Origin: a bacterium
GTDB lineage: Bacteria; Krumholzibacteriota; Krumholzibacteriia; G020349025
NCBI GenBank assembly: GCA_031362565.1
Contig: JANLSU010000062.1
Location: 22,281-86,280 of the forward strand
Length of the DNA: 64,000 nucleotides
Direction: 5' to 3'
In this document: positions 43,339 through 54,195 of the stretch, piece after piece
How the letters are laid out: each line of letters begins with the position of its first letter
How positions within the stretch are numbered: position 1 is the stretch's first letter
Position numbers and translations under genes: made by a program
The notes under the pieces: generated by a model
The model's database searches: none
What the model saw: only the letters and a program-made list of their open reading frames with translations
What the model was told of the DNA's origin: nothing

Positions 43339-46300
43339 GTGTACGTGCCGCTTTGGTGCAAGAGCAACTTCTCGTTCCTGGAGGGCGCGAGCCATCCCGA
43401 CGAACTCGTCGAAGAAGCGCAGCGCTTCGGCCTGCAGTCGCTGGCGCTTGCCGATCGCGACGGGGTGTATGGGATCGTGCGGGCGTATGAAAAGGCCCGC
43501 GAAACGGGTCTGCATCTGTTGTTGGGCGCACAGGTCACGCTCGACGACGATTCGACGATCGTGCTGCTGGCGCAGGACCGCAACGGCTATGGAAACCTCT
43601 GCCGTTTGTTGACCAAGGGCCGGCTGCGGTCGCCCAAAGGCGAGTCACGCGTTACGTGGCTCGAAGTCTGCGGGCATGCAACCGGGCTCGTCGCGTTGTG
43701 GGGTGGCGAGCGGAGCCGGCTCGGGCGCGCCGACGAAGAAGAGGCTTTCGATCTCATCGCCGGCCCGCTGCGCGAGGCATTCGGCGACCGGCTGTATGCC
43801 CTCCTGACGCGCCACCGCCGCGCCGAGGAAGTCGAACAAGAGGCGCGGCTCCGGGCGCGCGCCCTGCGCCACGAAATTGCCGTTGTGGCAGCCGTCGAAG
43901 TGCTCTATCACACGCCTGCCCGCCGGCCTCTCCAAGACGTGCTGACCTGCATCCGGCATGGCGTCACCGTACATACTGCCGGCAACCGCACCAAACCGAA
44001 CGCGGAGCATTTTCTTTTGACACCACATGCCTTTGAAAGACTCTTTGCCGATGACCCGGCCGCGGTGGCGCGCACGCTCGAGGTTGCTTCGCGCTGCACT
44101 TTTTCGCTCGCCGAACTGCGCTACCGGTATCCATCGGAGCGCTTGCCGGACGGTATGACCTCGTCCGAGTGGCTGCGGCACCTGACTTTCCAGGGCGCGC
44201 GCTTTCGCTATCAAAGCGATGACATCCCTGCCGATGTCACTGCCCAACTCGACAAGGAACTCGCCCTCGTCGACGAACTCGACTACTGCGGCTATTTCTT
44301 GAGCATGTGGGAAATCGTCGAGTTCTGCCGTGCGCAAGGCATCTTGTGCCAAGGGCGCGGCTCGGCGGCCAACTCGGCCGTGTGCTATTGCCTGCGCATC
44401 ACGGCCGTCGACCCGGTGCGCATGGGGCTGCTTTTCGAGCGCTTCATTTCGCGCGAACGCGCCGAGCCGCCGGACATCGACCTCGACATCGAACATGAAC
44501 GGCGCGAGGAAGTCATCCAGCATGTGTACATGAAGTACGGGCGCGAGCGCGCCGCCATGGTGGCGACTTTCATTCGCTACCGGACGCGCTCGGCGCTGCG
44601 CGACGTCGGCAAGGCGCTCGGCTTCCCCGAGACCGAGCTGCACCGCCTGACCAAACTCTATTCACACTATGAAGGTGTCGAAAATGAACGCCTGCAGCAT
44701 GCCGGATTCGATGCCGCGTCTCCCGACGTGCAACGCCTGCTCGACCTGGCGCGCGACATCCAAGATTTTCCGCGCCACCTGTCGATCCACCCGGGCGGCT
44801 TCTTGCTGGGCCACGAACCCGTGCCGGCCTTCGTGCCGATCGAAAATGCCACCATGCCGGGCCGCACCGTCATCCAATGGGACAAGAACGATGTCGAGGC
44901 GCTCGGCCTCTTCAAGGTCGATTTGTTGGGATTGGGAGCGTTGACGCATTTGCATCATTGTTTCGACCTTTTGAAGCAACATCGCAACATTGATCTCGAC
45001 ATGGCGCGCATCCCGGCCGACGACCCGGCGACCTTCGCCGCCATCCAGCGCGCCGACACGGTCGGAGTTTTTCAAATCGAAAGCCGCGCCCAGATGGCAA
45101 TGCTGCCGCGCCTGCGGCCGCGCAACTACTACGACCTGGTCATCGAAGTCAGCATCGTGCGCCCCGGGCCGATCACGGGCGGCATGGTGCATCCGTATCT
45201 CAGGCGCCGGAATGGCGAAGAAGCTGTCGAGTACCCGCACGAGAGCCTGCGCCCGGTGCTCGAGAAAACCCTCGGCGTGCCACTCTTTCAGGAGCAGGTG
45301 ATGAAGTTGGCGGTGGTGGCCGCCGACTACACGCCGGGCGAAGCCGATCAACTGCGGCGCGACATGGCGGCCTGGCGGCGTACCGGGCGGCTCGAGCAGC
45401 ATCGCGACCGGCTCATCACCCGCATGCAAAAACACGGTATCGCGCTCGAGTTCGCGGAGCGCGTCTTCAAACAGATCTGCGGCTTCGGCGAGTACGGCTT
45501 CCCGGAAAGCCATGCCGCCAGCTTCGCACTCGTGAGCTACGCTGGCGCCTGGCTGCGCCGGCACTATCCGGTGGAGTTCACCTGCGGGCTCTTGAACGCC
45601 CAACCCATGGGTTTCTATTCGGCCGCGACGATTGTCGAAGACGCCAAACGCCACGGCGTTGTCCTGCGGCCGATCGATGTGCAGCAAAGCGCCTGGGATT
45701 GCACGTTAGAAAAATTGCCGCCGACTGCGCCCGGCGCTGAACCGAAATTTGTCGAGTTGCCCAACGTCGCCTTCCGCGCCAAATCGGCATTTGCAATCCG
45801 AATGGGCCTACGCTACGTCAAAGGCTTCGGCAAATCCGAGTGGGGAAAAATCGCCGCCGCATCGGCAATGCGGCCCTTCACATCGCTCGACGATTTCGTG
45901 GCGCGCACCGATCTCAACGAAGGCCAACTCGCAGCCCTTGCCGAAGCTGGCGCGTTCGAATGTTTCGGCACCGCCCGCCGCCAAGCCCTCTGGCGCACGC
46001 AGGGCCTCTCTCGCGCCACGCCCGTCGAGTTGCCAGTCGACGACGAAGCACAGCCCGATTTCACGCCGCTCGATGCACTCGAAACCATCGGCTGGGATTA
46101 CACGCGCACGCACCACAGCACGCACGGCCATCCGCTCGAACCACTCCGCGCTACGCTCCGCGGCATGGGCTTGCCCGATGCGCGCCACCTGTCACACGGC
46201 ACCCACGGCGACCGCGTGCGCTACGCCGGCATCGTCATTTGCCGCCAGCGTCCCGGCACCGCCTCCGGCGTCACGTTCATGACCCTCGAGGATGAAAGCG

Positions 46301-46491
46301 GCTTCGTAAATGTCGTCGTTTGGAAACAAGTGTTCGAACAATACGCCATCGTGCTCAAAACAGAACCGTTCCTCGGCGTCACCGGCCGCCTGCAAGTCGA
46401 GCGCGGCGTCGTCCACCTGATCGCCGACAGTCTCTGGAAACCAAAACTGCAACGCGCCCCCGCCGCAAGCCGCAGCCATGATTTCCACTGA
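43339..46491 (+). CDS. dnaE2: Error-prone DNA polymerase DnaE2 (ImuC)
   Basis: [53 protein letters not shown]-terminal SHDFH. Confidence 0.97.
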   Translation: MYVPLWCKSNFSFLEGASHPDELVEEAQRFGLQSLALADRDGVYGIVRAYEKARETGLHLLLGAQVTLDDDSTIVLLAQDRNGYGNLCRLLTKGRLRSPKGESRVTWLEVCGHATGLVALWGGERSRLGRADEEEAFDLIAGPLREAFGDRLYALLTRHRRAEEVEQEARLRARALRHEIAVVAAVEVLYHTPARRPLQDVLTCIRHGVTVHTAGNRTKPNAEHFLLTPHAFERLFADDPAAVARTLEVASRCTFSLAELRYRYPSERLPDGMTSSEWLRHLTFQGARFRYQSDDIPADVTAQLDKELALVDELDYCGYFLSMWEIVEFCRAQGILCQGRGSAANSAVCYCLRITAVDPVRMGLLFERFISRERAEPPDIDLDIEHERREEVIQHVYMKYGRERAAMVATFIRYRTRSALRDVGKALGFPETELHRLTKLYSHYEGVENERLQHAGFDAASPDVQRLLDLARDIQDFPRHLSIHPGGFLLGHEPVPAFVPIENATMPGRTVIQWDKNDVEALGLFKVDLLGLGALTHLHHCFDLLKQHRNIDLDMARIPADDPATFAAIQRADTVGVFQIESRAQMAMLPRLRPRNYYDLVIEVSIVRPGPITGGMVHPYLRRRNGEEAVEYPHESLRPVLEKTLGVPLFQEQVMKLAVVAADYTPGEADQLRRDMAAWRRTGRLEQHRDRLITRMQKHGIALEFAERVFKQICGFGEYGFPESHAASFALVSYAGAWLRRHYPVEFTCGLLNAQPMGFYSAATIVEDAKRHGVVLRPIDVQQSAWDCTLEKLPPTAPGAEPKFVELPNVAFRAKSAFAIRMGLRYVKGFGKSEWGKIAAASAMRPFTSLDDFVARTDLNEGQLAALAEAGAFECFGTARRQALWRTQGLSRATPVELPVDDEAQPDFTPLDALETIGWDYTRTHHSTHGHPLEPLRATLRGMGLPDARHLSHGTHGDRVRYAGIVICRQRPGTASGVTFMTLEDESGFVNVVVWKQVFEQYAIVLKTEPFLGVTGRLQVERGVVHLIADSLWKPKLQRAPAASRSHDFH

Positions 46492-46503
46492 CGTTGGGGC
46501 CGA

Positions 46504-48021
46504 TCAGGGCCGGGCCGCCGGCGCCTGGCCGCCCGCGGCGGCACTCGCCCCGAGCTGCGCCTGGCGCGAAAAATCGATCGACTCCGCCAGAATCCGCGCC
46601 GCCTCGGCGGGAGCGTGGAACCCCATGGAGTTTTCGGCGGCCACGAAATCGAGGCGCCATTGTGCTTTGCGCTGCAATTCGAACACGTCCGCGAGGTCGT
46701 GCGGCGAGACGCCCGATTTCTTGGCGGCGGCGATCGCGTCCAACATGTCGGTCATTGCTTTGGCGCTCCGCTCGAGCAAGTCGTGCGTCCGCCCTTGGAT
46801 CGCTTGAACGCGCGAGGCGATCTCCTCTTCCGAATACGGATGGCACACTTGGCAGGCCCGCGAAATGTTGAGGAGCGGGCTTCGCACCCAGTGATCGGAG
46901 ACCTTCATGGCGCCTTCGCGCGTGTACGGCATATGGCAATCGGCGCATGCGACGCCTGAGCGCGCATGAATGCCTTGGCTCCACATCTCGAATTCGGGAT
47001 GCTGCGCCTTGAGCACTTCGGCCCCGGTCTCGGCGTGCTGCCAGTCGTAGAAGCGATGGCCGTCGGGGAACTTGAAGCCGTCGTAGTAGGCCTCGATTTC
47101 TTCGACCTTCAAGCCATTGTTCCATGGAAAGAAGAGAGTGGTCTTGGGACCGCAGTAGTATTCGACGTGGCATTGTCCACAGACGAACGACCGCATCTCT
47201 TGGCGCGTCGCATCGACGTTCGGGGCGTACGGGGTGGCGCGATTGCCTTTGCGCCAGCGCTCGATGCTCTGCAGGTGCGGCACGGGCTCGGCGCTGGCCG
47301 CGAGCGCCTGGATGCCACGAATAAAGCCGGGCCGGGTGACGCGGAGTTCCATGCTCTTCGGGTCGTGGCAATCCACGCAACCCACCGGGTGCGCGCCGCT
47401 GGCGTGTTCGAATCGCGTCGCCGTCCCGCCCGCGACAGGGTTCGACGAGCCGGTGGTAACGACCTCCGCGTGCGCATCGGCGTAGCTCATCTTGCCGAGG
47501 GCTTCGAAACCCTTGAAGACGTCGCCGTCGCCAAGCCGCCGATACGTCGGAATGATCGAACCATGGCAATGCAGGCAGGAGCCCGGCTGCGGTTTTTCGG
47601 TCACGCGGCGGGTCGTCTCCTGGTCGAACAACATGTGGGCATGGCCGCGGCGATCGCGATAGTCGATCGCGAACGCATAACCCGCGAACATGCGCCGGAG
47701 CCATGGATCGCGATCGATCTTCTCTTCGGGCAGAGCCTCGGAGCCGCCGTACTGGGTGCGAGTCACCTCGTTGGTGCGCGAATAGCCGTCGTACTGGCGG
47801 GGCCAGTTCATGCCCCACTGGGCCGGGTCAGTGGTCTCTTCGTTGACTTCGACCAAACGCAGGTATGGATTACGCGCCTCCTGCTTGTGCTGGAAGATGT
47901 TCGTCAGCACGTACGACACGCCGAAGCCAATCAGCGCGAAGAGGATCGCCACGAGTGCGAACATTTTTGAGCGCGAATGGGCACTGCCCGCCAACGGGCC
48001 CACCAGGCTTTTTCGAGTCAT
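46504..48021 (-). CDS. nrfA: Pentaheme cytochrome c nitrite reductase catalytic subunit, CxxCH-at-heme-1 variant
   Basis: [71 protein letters not shown]. Confidence 0.93.
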   Translation of the reverse strand: MTRKSLVGPLAGSAHSRSKMFALVAILFALIGFGVSYVLTNIFQHKQEARNPYLRLVEVNEETTDPAQWGMNWPRQYDGYSRTNEVTRTQYGGSEALPEEKIDRDPWLRRMFAGYAFAIDYRDRRGHAHMLFDQETTRRVTEKPQPGSCLHCHGSIIPTYRRLGDGDVFKGFEALGKMSYADAHAEVVTTGSSNPVAGGTATRFEHASGAHPVGCVDCHDPKSMELRVTRPGFIRGIQALAASAEPVPHLQSIERWRKGNRATPYAPNVDATRQEMRSFVCGQCHVEYYCGPKTTLFFPWNNGLKVEEIEAYYDGFKFPDGHRFYDWQHAETGAEVLKAQHPEFEMWSQGIHARSGVACADCHMPYTREGAMKVSDHWVRSPLLNISRACQVCHPYSEEEIASRVQAIQGRTHDLLERSAKAMTDMLDAIAAAKKSGVSPHDLADVFELQRKAQWRLDFVAAENSMGFHAPAEAARILAESIDFSRQAQLGASAAAGGQAPAARP

Positions 48022-48043
48022 TGAAGGTCGCCTCCCGAGCAAT

Positions 48044-48505
48044 TCAATAGGGCGCGCCGTGCCCGACGCCGCGATGACAATGTACACACTGCACCGCGTC
48101 CGCGGCGGTCCTGCTGCCCTGGACGATGTCGTGGACGAAGTCGCCGTGGCAGCGCAGGCAGCTCGCCTGCAAAATCGCCGCATTCCGCGGCTTGATCATG
48201 ATCGGTTCGTGGAAATCCTCGAGCGTGAATCCCTTCGAATGATGGTATCCGTTGGCCGCCTTGGCGCGATACTTCGGAATGGTCGCGTGTGGCAAGTGGC
48301 AATCGATGCACTTCGCGGCACCGTGATGCGGCCCCTTCGTCCACGACGCGTACTGGTCGTTCATGATGTGGCAGTTGGCGCAGGCGCGCGGATCGGTCGA
48401 GAAATAGCTGACGCCTTCACCGTAGTCGAACGTGAAGGCGCCGACGCCCGTCGTAACGCCGAGTGCGGCGGCGAGTGCGAAGGCGGACCTGCTGATATGG
48501 AGCAC
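48044..48505 (-). CDS. nrfH: Tetraheme quinol dehydrogenase NrfH (NapC/NirT family)
   Basis: N-terminal TM; CANCHIM, CIDCHLP, CLRCH, CVHCH. Confidence 0.93.
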   Translation of the reverse strand: MLHISRSAFALAAALGVTTGVGAFTFDYGEGVSYFSTDPRACANCHIMNDQYASWTKGPHHGAAKCIDCHLPHATIPKYRAKAANGYHHSKGFTLEDFHEPIMIKPRNAAILQASCLRCHGDFVHDIVQGSRTAADAVQCVHCHRGVGHGAPY

Positions 48506-48532
48506 GCTACGGCCCTTCGCGGCAGGATGTGG

Positions 48533-49171
48533 CTACGTCGAACGTTCGACGGAGAGAATGGTCGCTGAGCTTGCCGCCAAGTCGTCGACGAGCGCTGACG
48601 TACCGGACCCCACGACCCGCAGATGGACGAGATCGCCGCTCTCAGGACCGGGGAAGCGCATGAACGAATGCAGCCGGCAGAAATGTTTGACGAGCAGCGC
48701 CGTGTAGTCCGGCTGGCCGCCCCTCGACTGATGGTGCTCCTCGAGGATGACCCGCACGCCACCCCCCTCGCCCAACACCTGCCACACGGCACGAAAGATA
48801 TCCGACTCGGTGATGATGCCCACCAGGCGCCCATCGCGCACGACCGGCACGCCGCTGACCTTCGCCGCGAGCATCATTTGGGCCGCGGCCTCAAGGTGAT
48901 CATTCGGTTGCAGGGTCTTGACCGGGGTCGCCATGATCTGTTGGATCGGGCGCTCCTCGGCACCGACGCCCTCCGGCGTTTCGGCCTGCGCCGGCGTCCG
49001 TGGGAGGAGTTGGTACAGACCGCTCAGGGTCACGATCCCTACGAGCCGTTCGTGCTCCAGCACCGGCATGCGGCGCACCTGCAGCCGGCGCATCTCGTGC
49101 ATCGCCTCGCGGCAGGTCTGCTTCGGCTGCAGCGTCTGAACGTTGCTGGTCATGTAATGACGGACGAGCAT
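48533..49171 (-). CDS. Tandem CBS-domain protein (AcuB-like) upstream of nrfH
   Basis: MLVRHYMT..RRMPV..LVGIVT; IMAT..GVPVV..LVGIITESD. Confidence 0.85.
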   Translation of the reverse strand: MLVRHYMTSNVQTLQPKQTCREAMHEMRRLQVRRMPVLEHERLVGIVTLSGLYQLLPRTPAQAETPEGVGAEERPIQQIMATPVKTLQPNDHLEAAAQMMLAAKVSGVPVVRDGRLVGIITESDIFRAVWQVLGEGGGVRVILEEHHQSRGGQPDYTALLVKHFCRLHSFMRFPGPESGDLVHLRVVGSGTSALVDDLAASSATILSVERST

Positions 49172-49301
49172 TTCGAGCCACCCCCCGCGGCCCCGCCGCA
49201 CCGGACACTCTATCCGTTCGCGCTGCGGATCCAAGCGCTATCTACCTATTTGTGGAATGGTTCGGCCCGGCGGCGAGGGAAGACTCCGCGGAGAACGCCG
49301 G

Positions 49302-50729
49302 TCAGCGCCGGCTGGCCGGAACCGGTTCGCGGGCGCCGAATCCAACGCGCTCGACGGACTTCCACGCATTGTTGTGAGCGACGAAATTCCACAGTCCGCG
49401 GACGCGCCACCAAGCGTGCATCTGGTGATAGGGGAAGTGCTCGACAAAACAGGCGGCGAGGAGCCGGACCAGGTCGCTCCGGCTGTTGTAGCGGTGATAG
49501 GTCATTTCTTCGAGCGCCACGGATCCGACCGACACGAACGCCCCCATCACATAGCCGAGCAGAACACCTTCGAGCAAGAACCGTCCGCTCGCGACTCCCA
49601 AGCACGCGCTCGCAACGAGCAACGCCCAACCAAACACCTCGATGAGCGGTGCGAGTCCTTCGAACAACCACTGGAACGGCAGTGACACGAACGCGACCCG
49701 GCCGTAACGCCGGTTGAAGAGCATATCGCGGTTCCGCCACAGCACGTCGAGAAGCCCGGTTTGCCAGCGTGCCCGCTGCTCGGCGAGCGATCGCAGCGAC
49801 GAGGGAGCCTCGGTCCAACACACGGGATCGGAAACGAAGCCGACGCGATAGTCTTCGCCGCGCTCGCGCATCAACCGGTGCATGCGCACGACGAGATCCA
49901 GATCCTCGCCCACCGTCGAGGCGAGGAACCCACCGCACTCGCGCAGAACGTCGCGCCTGAAAACTCCGAACGCACCCGACACGATGAGTAACATGTTGAA
50001 CTGCGCCCAGCCCTGGCGGCCGACCAAGAAGGCGCGAAGATATTCCACGACTTGCAGAACTTCGAGATGCCGTTTCGGCAAGCGGATCGTGCCGATCGTG
50101 CCCTTGTCGATTAGGGTGCCGTTCGCGAGCCGCACAATGCCGCCGCTCGCGATGATCCGTTTTGGATCCGTGAGTACGGGCACCATGATGCGCAGGAGAG
50201 AATCGCGCTCCAGAACGGTGTCGGCATCGATGGCGCACACGTAAGGGCTGGTTGCGGCATTGAGTGCGGCGTTCAGAGCATCGGCCTTGCGGCCACTCGA
50301 CTCCTTGTCCAAGACAATGAGCCGCGGGTCGGTCTGGCTCACGTAGACGCCGCGCACCGGGTGGGTCTGGATTTCTGAAACGTGCAGCATGTCGGTGCGA
50401 ATAAGCTGGAAGTGCGTTCGCAGCTCCCGGAGCGTGTTGTCCGTGGAGCCGTCGTTGGCCACGACCACCTGGATGTCGGGGTAGTCGAGGCCCAGCAGCG
50501 AGCGGACGTTTTCGACGATGTTCTTGCCCTCGTTGCGGGCCGGCACGAGGATCGAGATCGGCGGGGCGAGCGTCGAAGCGCGCAGGCGCTCGAGCCACAG
50601 ACTCTTGATGCGGTGCTGCTGGGCGACGGTGGCGACGGTGGACACCGCCAACAGGAGGAGCTGCACGAGATTCGACGTGCAGTAGTAGGCCACGAAACAC
50701 ACGTTGGCCACGAACACCAGTTCGATCAC
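49302..50729 (-). CDS. Processive family-2 glycosyltransferase
   Basis: VPARNE, DGSTD, KADALN, DAD, GEDLD, QRARW; N- and C-terminal TMs. Confidence 0.93.
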   Translation of the reverse strand: MIELVFVANVCFVAYYCTSNLVQLLLLAVSTVATVAQQHRIKSLWLERLRASTLAPPISILVPARNEGKNIVENVRSLLGLDYPDIQVVVANDGSTDNTLRELRTHFQLIRTDMLHVSEIQTHPVRGVYVSQTDPRLIVLDKESSGRKADALNAALNAATSPYVCAIDADTVLERDSLLRIMVPVLTDPKRIIASGGIVRLANGTLIDKGTIGTIRLPKRHLEVLQVVEYLRAFLVGRQGWAQFNMLLIVSGAFGVFRRDVLRECGGFLASTVGEDLDLVVRMHRLMRERGEDYRVGFVSDPVCWTEAPSSLRSLAEQRARWQTGLLDVLWRNRDMLFNRRYGRVAFVSLPFQWLFEGLAPLIEVFGWALLVASACLGVASGRFLLEGVLLGYVMGAFVSVGSVALEEMTYHRYNSRSDLVRLLAACFVEHFPYHQMHAWWRVRGLWNFVAHNNAWKSVERVGFGAREPVPASRR

Positions 50730-52060
50730 GCGTGAATCTCCTCCGTCACCGTTGCCGCCAGAGGTGCGAGGCGTGCCGCGATGGCGCGCGCAATCCGGAG
50801 TTCACCGCGGGTGAAATGGCGTTCGGTGATCTGCTCGTTGATCAATTCCGGCAAGCGTGAGTTGCGCGATGCAATCAACAGGCGGGAGAGATGGCGGCGC
50901 GCGCGCCGGTCCGGATGGTGAAGCGAAAGATCGAAGAGCAGGCGTTCGGCGCCGGCGTTGAGAATCTCGGTGAGGGCCTTCCGTGCGGCGGCATGCCGCT
51001 CCGGATCGATGAGTCCGCCGACCATCTCGGTGACGCGGCCGGAACGTTGCAGCTCCGAAACGAGGGCCCGGAGCGCGTACGGATCCTGTGTGCCGATGGC
51101 CAGGCGCAGAATCCAAATCTCCTTGCCGCGCACACCGACCAATGCCGACGCAGCGCGGAGCCGAACGAGGCGATTGGCATCGCACAAACGCGCCACCAGA
51201 GCGGGGATGCCGCGAATGTCGCGCAGTTCGCCCAATGCGACGACGGCGCGCAGCCGGACGAACCACTCCGCGTCGCTCGCCAGCTCCGTCAAGGCGTCGA
51301 GCGCGTACGATGGACGCACGACCGCGAGGGCGCGCGCCGCCGAAGCGCGGACCTCGGCCAAGTCATCCGTCACCAGTTCCAACAGGTCGCCGCGCAACGC
51401 GGGCGTCGCGACTTCGGCGAGCGCGCGAGCCAATGCCGCACGCAAATCGCCGCTCGTGGGGCGGAGATCCGCCAGGAGGCGATCGGCGTGGCCGCGATAG
51501 CAGCCGACAATTGCGGTTTGGAGAGTCGAACTCGGACAGCGAAACGCCATCCGCTCCGGAGCCGCGAGGCGGTCGAGAATGGGCCGCGCCGCGTCGGGAG
51601 TCGCGATGCGGCCTAGGGCGCGTACCGCATCGATCGCGCTCTCCTCATTCTCGTCTTGAATTGCCGCCGCCAAGGCCGGAATTGCGTCCGCGATCTGCAT
51701 CCGGCCGAGCGCCAGCGTCGCTTGCCGCCGCCGCCAGCCGCGTGTCTCCCGCACTTCGCGGATGCGCTTGTCCAGCAGGCCGCAGCGTCGAATGCAATCT
51801 TGAAGCTGCCGGATCTCGTCGCGGCCGGCGACATCCATCCGGTCGAGAAGCATGGTCTCGATGATCTGTTGGTCGAGTGCATCGAAGTACCAGGTGGCGG
51901 CGGCGGCTTCGCCACTCACGATGCGGTCCCAGTCGGCGCGGATGGCCAGTGTTCGCGCTTCCGTCCGCCGGAACAACCTGCCGCGCCACGTGCGGCGGAT
52001 GACGATGAATCCGATCAGGACCGCGATCCCGGCGAGAAGCCCCGCAACCAACTGCAACAT
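50726..52060 (-). CDS. Membrane-anchored HEAT-repeat protein coupled to the GT2 gene
   Basis: N-terminal TM; VRASAARAL, VRLRAVVALG, VRLRAASAL repeats; GTGA overlap with GT2. Confidence 0.85.
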   Translation of the reverse strand: MLQLVAGLLAGIAVLIGFIVIRRTWRGRLFRRTEARTLAIRADWDRIVSGEAAAATWYFDALDQQIIETMLLDRMDVAGRDEIRQLQDCIRRCGLLDKRIREVRETRGWRRRQATLALGRMQIADAIPALAAAIQDENEESAIDAVRALGRIATPDAARPILDRLAAPERMAFRCPSSTLQTAIVGCYRGHADRLLADLRPTSGDLRAALARALAEVATPALRGDLLELVTDDLAEVRASAARALAVVRPSYALDALTELASDAEWFVRLRAVVALGELRDIRGIPALVARLCDANRLVRLRAASALVGVRGKEIWILRLAIGTQDPYALRALVSELQRSGRVTEMVGGLIDPERHAAARKALTEILNAGAERLLFDLSLHHPDRRARRHLSRLLIASRNSRLPELINEQITERHFTRGELRIARAIAARLAPLAATVTEEIHA

Positions 52061-52206
52061 GACCCACTCCGGCTTTGCCCGCACGTCTGGAACGGCACAC
52101 TCGTCCGTCACAACACGTGCAACAACTCCGCCACATTGGATCGTGAACAACGTCGTGCGTTTGGACGAGCATTCGGAGCCACCGCCCCGTCAGCCGCACC
52201 AAGCAA

Positions 52207-52671
52207 TCAAGTCGATCGCCGGGCGCGAATCGCCCGCAACTTGCGCACATCCGCGAGGTCTTGATCGCGCCCCGATGCTTCTTTGTTCTTTACGAGAGTG
52301 TCGAACTCCACGAAAAACACCGGCACTCCATCGAGATGTCCGGCGACCTTCCCGGTCCATGCAGTCTCGAAATCGACACCAGAGATCGAAGTCAGAAGAT
52401 CGATGCGATTGGGCGCGCGCCCAAGTTGAACGACCATGTTGGGGCGCTGCAGATCCTCCAAAGAGATCTCCAGCGCGCCAAACCCGAAGTCGGTGACTGC
52501 ACTCAGGATTTTCCGGGCATTGGTCTCATCCGGGCGGACGAAGAAGTCGAGATCGCCCGTATAGCGTGGATGACCGTGAAAAGCGACGGCGTGTCCGCCG
52601 ACGATCACGAAATCAACTTTTCGAGAGTTCAACAACTCGATGAACTCTTTCAAATCTTTCGCCAGCGTCAC
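52207..52671 (-). CDS. Minimal nucleotidyltransferase (DUF6036-like)
   Basis: IVGGHAVAFHGHPRYTGDLD, RIDLLT, NKEASGRDQDLAD. Confidence 0.88.
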   Translation of the reverse strand: MTLAKDLKEFIELLNSRKVDFVIVGGHAVAFHGHPRYTGDLDFFVRPDETNARKILSAVTDFGFGALEISLEDLQRPNMVVQLGRAPNRIDLLTSISGVDFETAWTGKVAGHLDGVPVFFVEFDTLVKNKEASGRDQDLADVRKLRAIRARRST

Positions 52672-52807
52672 CCAGGGACTCCCGATAGCGAGCGATCATT
52701 TCGAGCAACAGATCAACGCGTTGCTGCGGTGTGAGCGAAGCCAGTTCGGCTTCTTCGGCTGCCTCCGCGGCAGCGAAGCCGCTGAATTTGCGAAGAATAC
52801 GCTCCAT
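52613..52807 (-). CDS. Small helical partner protein overlapping the nucleotidyltransferase gene by 59 nt
   Basis: 64 aa, LTPQQRVDLL motif; extended -10 TGCTAGAAT 7 nt before the ATG. Confidence 0.7.
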   Translation of the reverse strand: MERILRKFSGFAAAEAAEEAELASLTPQQRVDLLLEMIARYRESLGDAGERFERVHRVVELSKS

Positions 52808-52873
52808 GCCGGCAATTCTAGCATCGAGGAGGGGTTCGGGCCAGGCGAGAAATGGAAGTCCGGCGTTTCCAGA

Positions 52874-53923
52874 TCACGCCGGCTGCAGCACGACTTTGAC
52901 GCAGCCGTCGCGCTTGGCATCGAAGAGCGCGTAGGCCGCTGCGCCTTGTTCGAGCGGCATGCGGTGAGTGATGAGCGCCGCGACATCGTCGCGGCGGGAT
53001 TGCGCCCAGGGCAAGAGTTCGGGCATGAGGCTCCGCGCCGGACAGCGGCCGATGCGATAGGTGAGGTTTTTGTCGTACGCGTCCGTCGGCGTGAACGCGA
53101 ACTGCGCTTCGTTGTGCACCCCGACCGCCGACACGATGCCGCCCGGCCGGACGATCTGCCACGCCAAGCGGCTGGAGGCTGGATTGCCTACCGCTTCCAG
53201 AACCGAATCCGCGCCGAAGCCGCGCGTCGCATCGAGGACGCGCTCGACGACATCGCCGCCGCCCAAGTCGAGCGGTGTGGCGCCGAAGCGCGCGGCGAGT
53301 GCCAAGCGTTCCGGAATCGCATCGACGGCGAAGAGTTGATCTGGACGCCGATCGCGGGCCGCGAGCACCGCCGCCAGTCCGACTGGACCGCAGCCCAAGA
53401 CTACGCACGTGCCGCCGGGTCCGACTTCGGCGCGGAGCGCGCAATAGAGCCCGGTCGGCAAGACATCGCCCAAGAGCAAGGCGATGTCGAGATCCAGCCC
53501 TTCCGGCACCCGGACGAGCGTCGCGTCAGCGAACGGCACGCGGACCAACTCGGCCTGCGCACCTTGCAGCCCGACGCCGCGTTGCACCCAGCCGAAGAGA
53601 GCCCCCGATGTGCAGCGCGCCGACAACCGGCGATCGCACGGTTCGCAAGCGCCGCACGCGGTCGAAAACGGACTCACGACCACATCGCCACGCCAGAACG
53701 CCCGCACTCCCGGCCCAACGTCGACGACTTCGCCCACGAACTCGTGCCCCATCACCGTGCCTGGATCGATCCCGGCCTCGCGGCCATGGAAGACGTGCAA
53801 GTCCGAGCCGCAGACCGCAGCGCGCCGCACCCGCACGATGGCGTCGCCTGGATCGAGGCGCACCGGGTCGCTCGTGCGCTCGTAACTCACGCGTCCGACG
53901 CTCTGGAAAAGCAGTGCCCGCAT
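52874..53923 (-). CDS. Zinc-dependent medium-chain alcohol dehydrogenase (start 53923 or 53935)
   Basis: CGSDLH, GHEFVG, CGACEPC..C, GCGPVG, CVKVVL. Confidence 0.93.
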   Translation of the reverse strand: MRALLFQSVGRVSYERTSDPVRLDPGDAIVRVRRAAVCGSDLHVFHGREAGIDPGTVMGHEFVGEVVDVGPGVRAFWRGDVVVSPFSTACGACEPCDRRLSARCTSGALFGWVQRGVGLQGAQAELVRVPFADATLVRVPEGLDLDIALLLGDVLPTGLYCALRAEVGPGGTCVVLGCGPVGLAAVLAARDRRPDQLFAVDAIPERLALAARFGATPLDLGGGDVVERVLDATRGFGADSVLEAVGNPASSRLAWQIVRPGGIVSAVGVHNEAQFAFTPTDAYDKNLTYRIGRCPARSLMPELLPWAQSRRDDVAALITHRMPLEQGAAAYALFDAKRDGCVKVVLQPA

Positions 53924-54195
53924 CGCCGTGTCCATCCCTTGGTTTAGTCGCACCCTCTCCAGGGAGGGCCAAGGCCGCATCGTAGAGGAAATGCCCCTCC
54001 CGCCGTGGCGGCGCGGACACACGATTTGCGGCTGGAGCGGCCTTGCCGGACTTCAGTCCCGGGCGCATTTTATGCTCGGAAGGCCTCGGCGGCTCTTATA
54101 CTTACAGGCCTGAGGGCTCCCGCCGAAGGGCGGAACCCGGGCTGCCTCGCCGGAGTAGAAACCGAGCAAGCTTGCCTCGCCGCATGGAAGGACCT

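Noticed and set aside
54095..54195. Riboswitch in the DUF4159 leader (hairpin CCGCC-GAAG-GGCGG)
   Set aside because: One short GC stem only; no match to aptamer consensus sequences I know.
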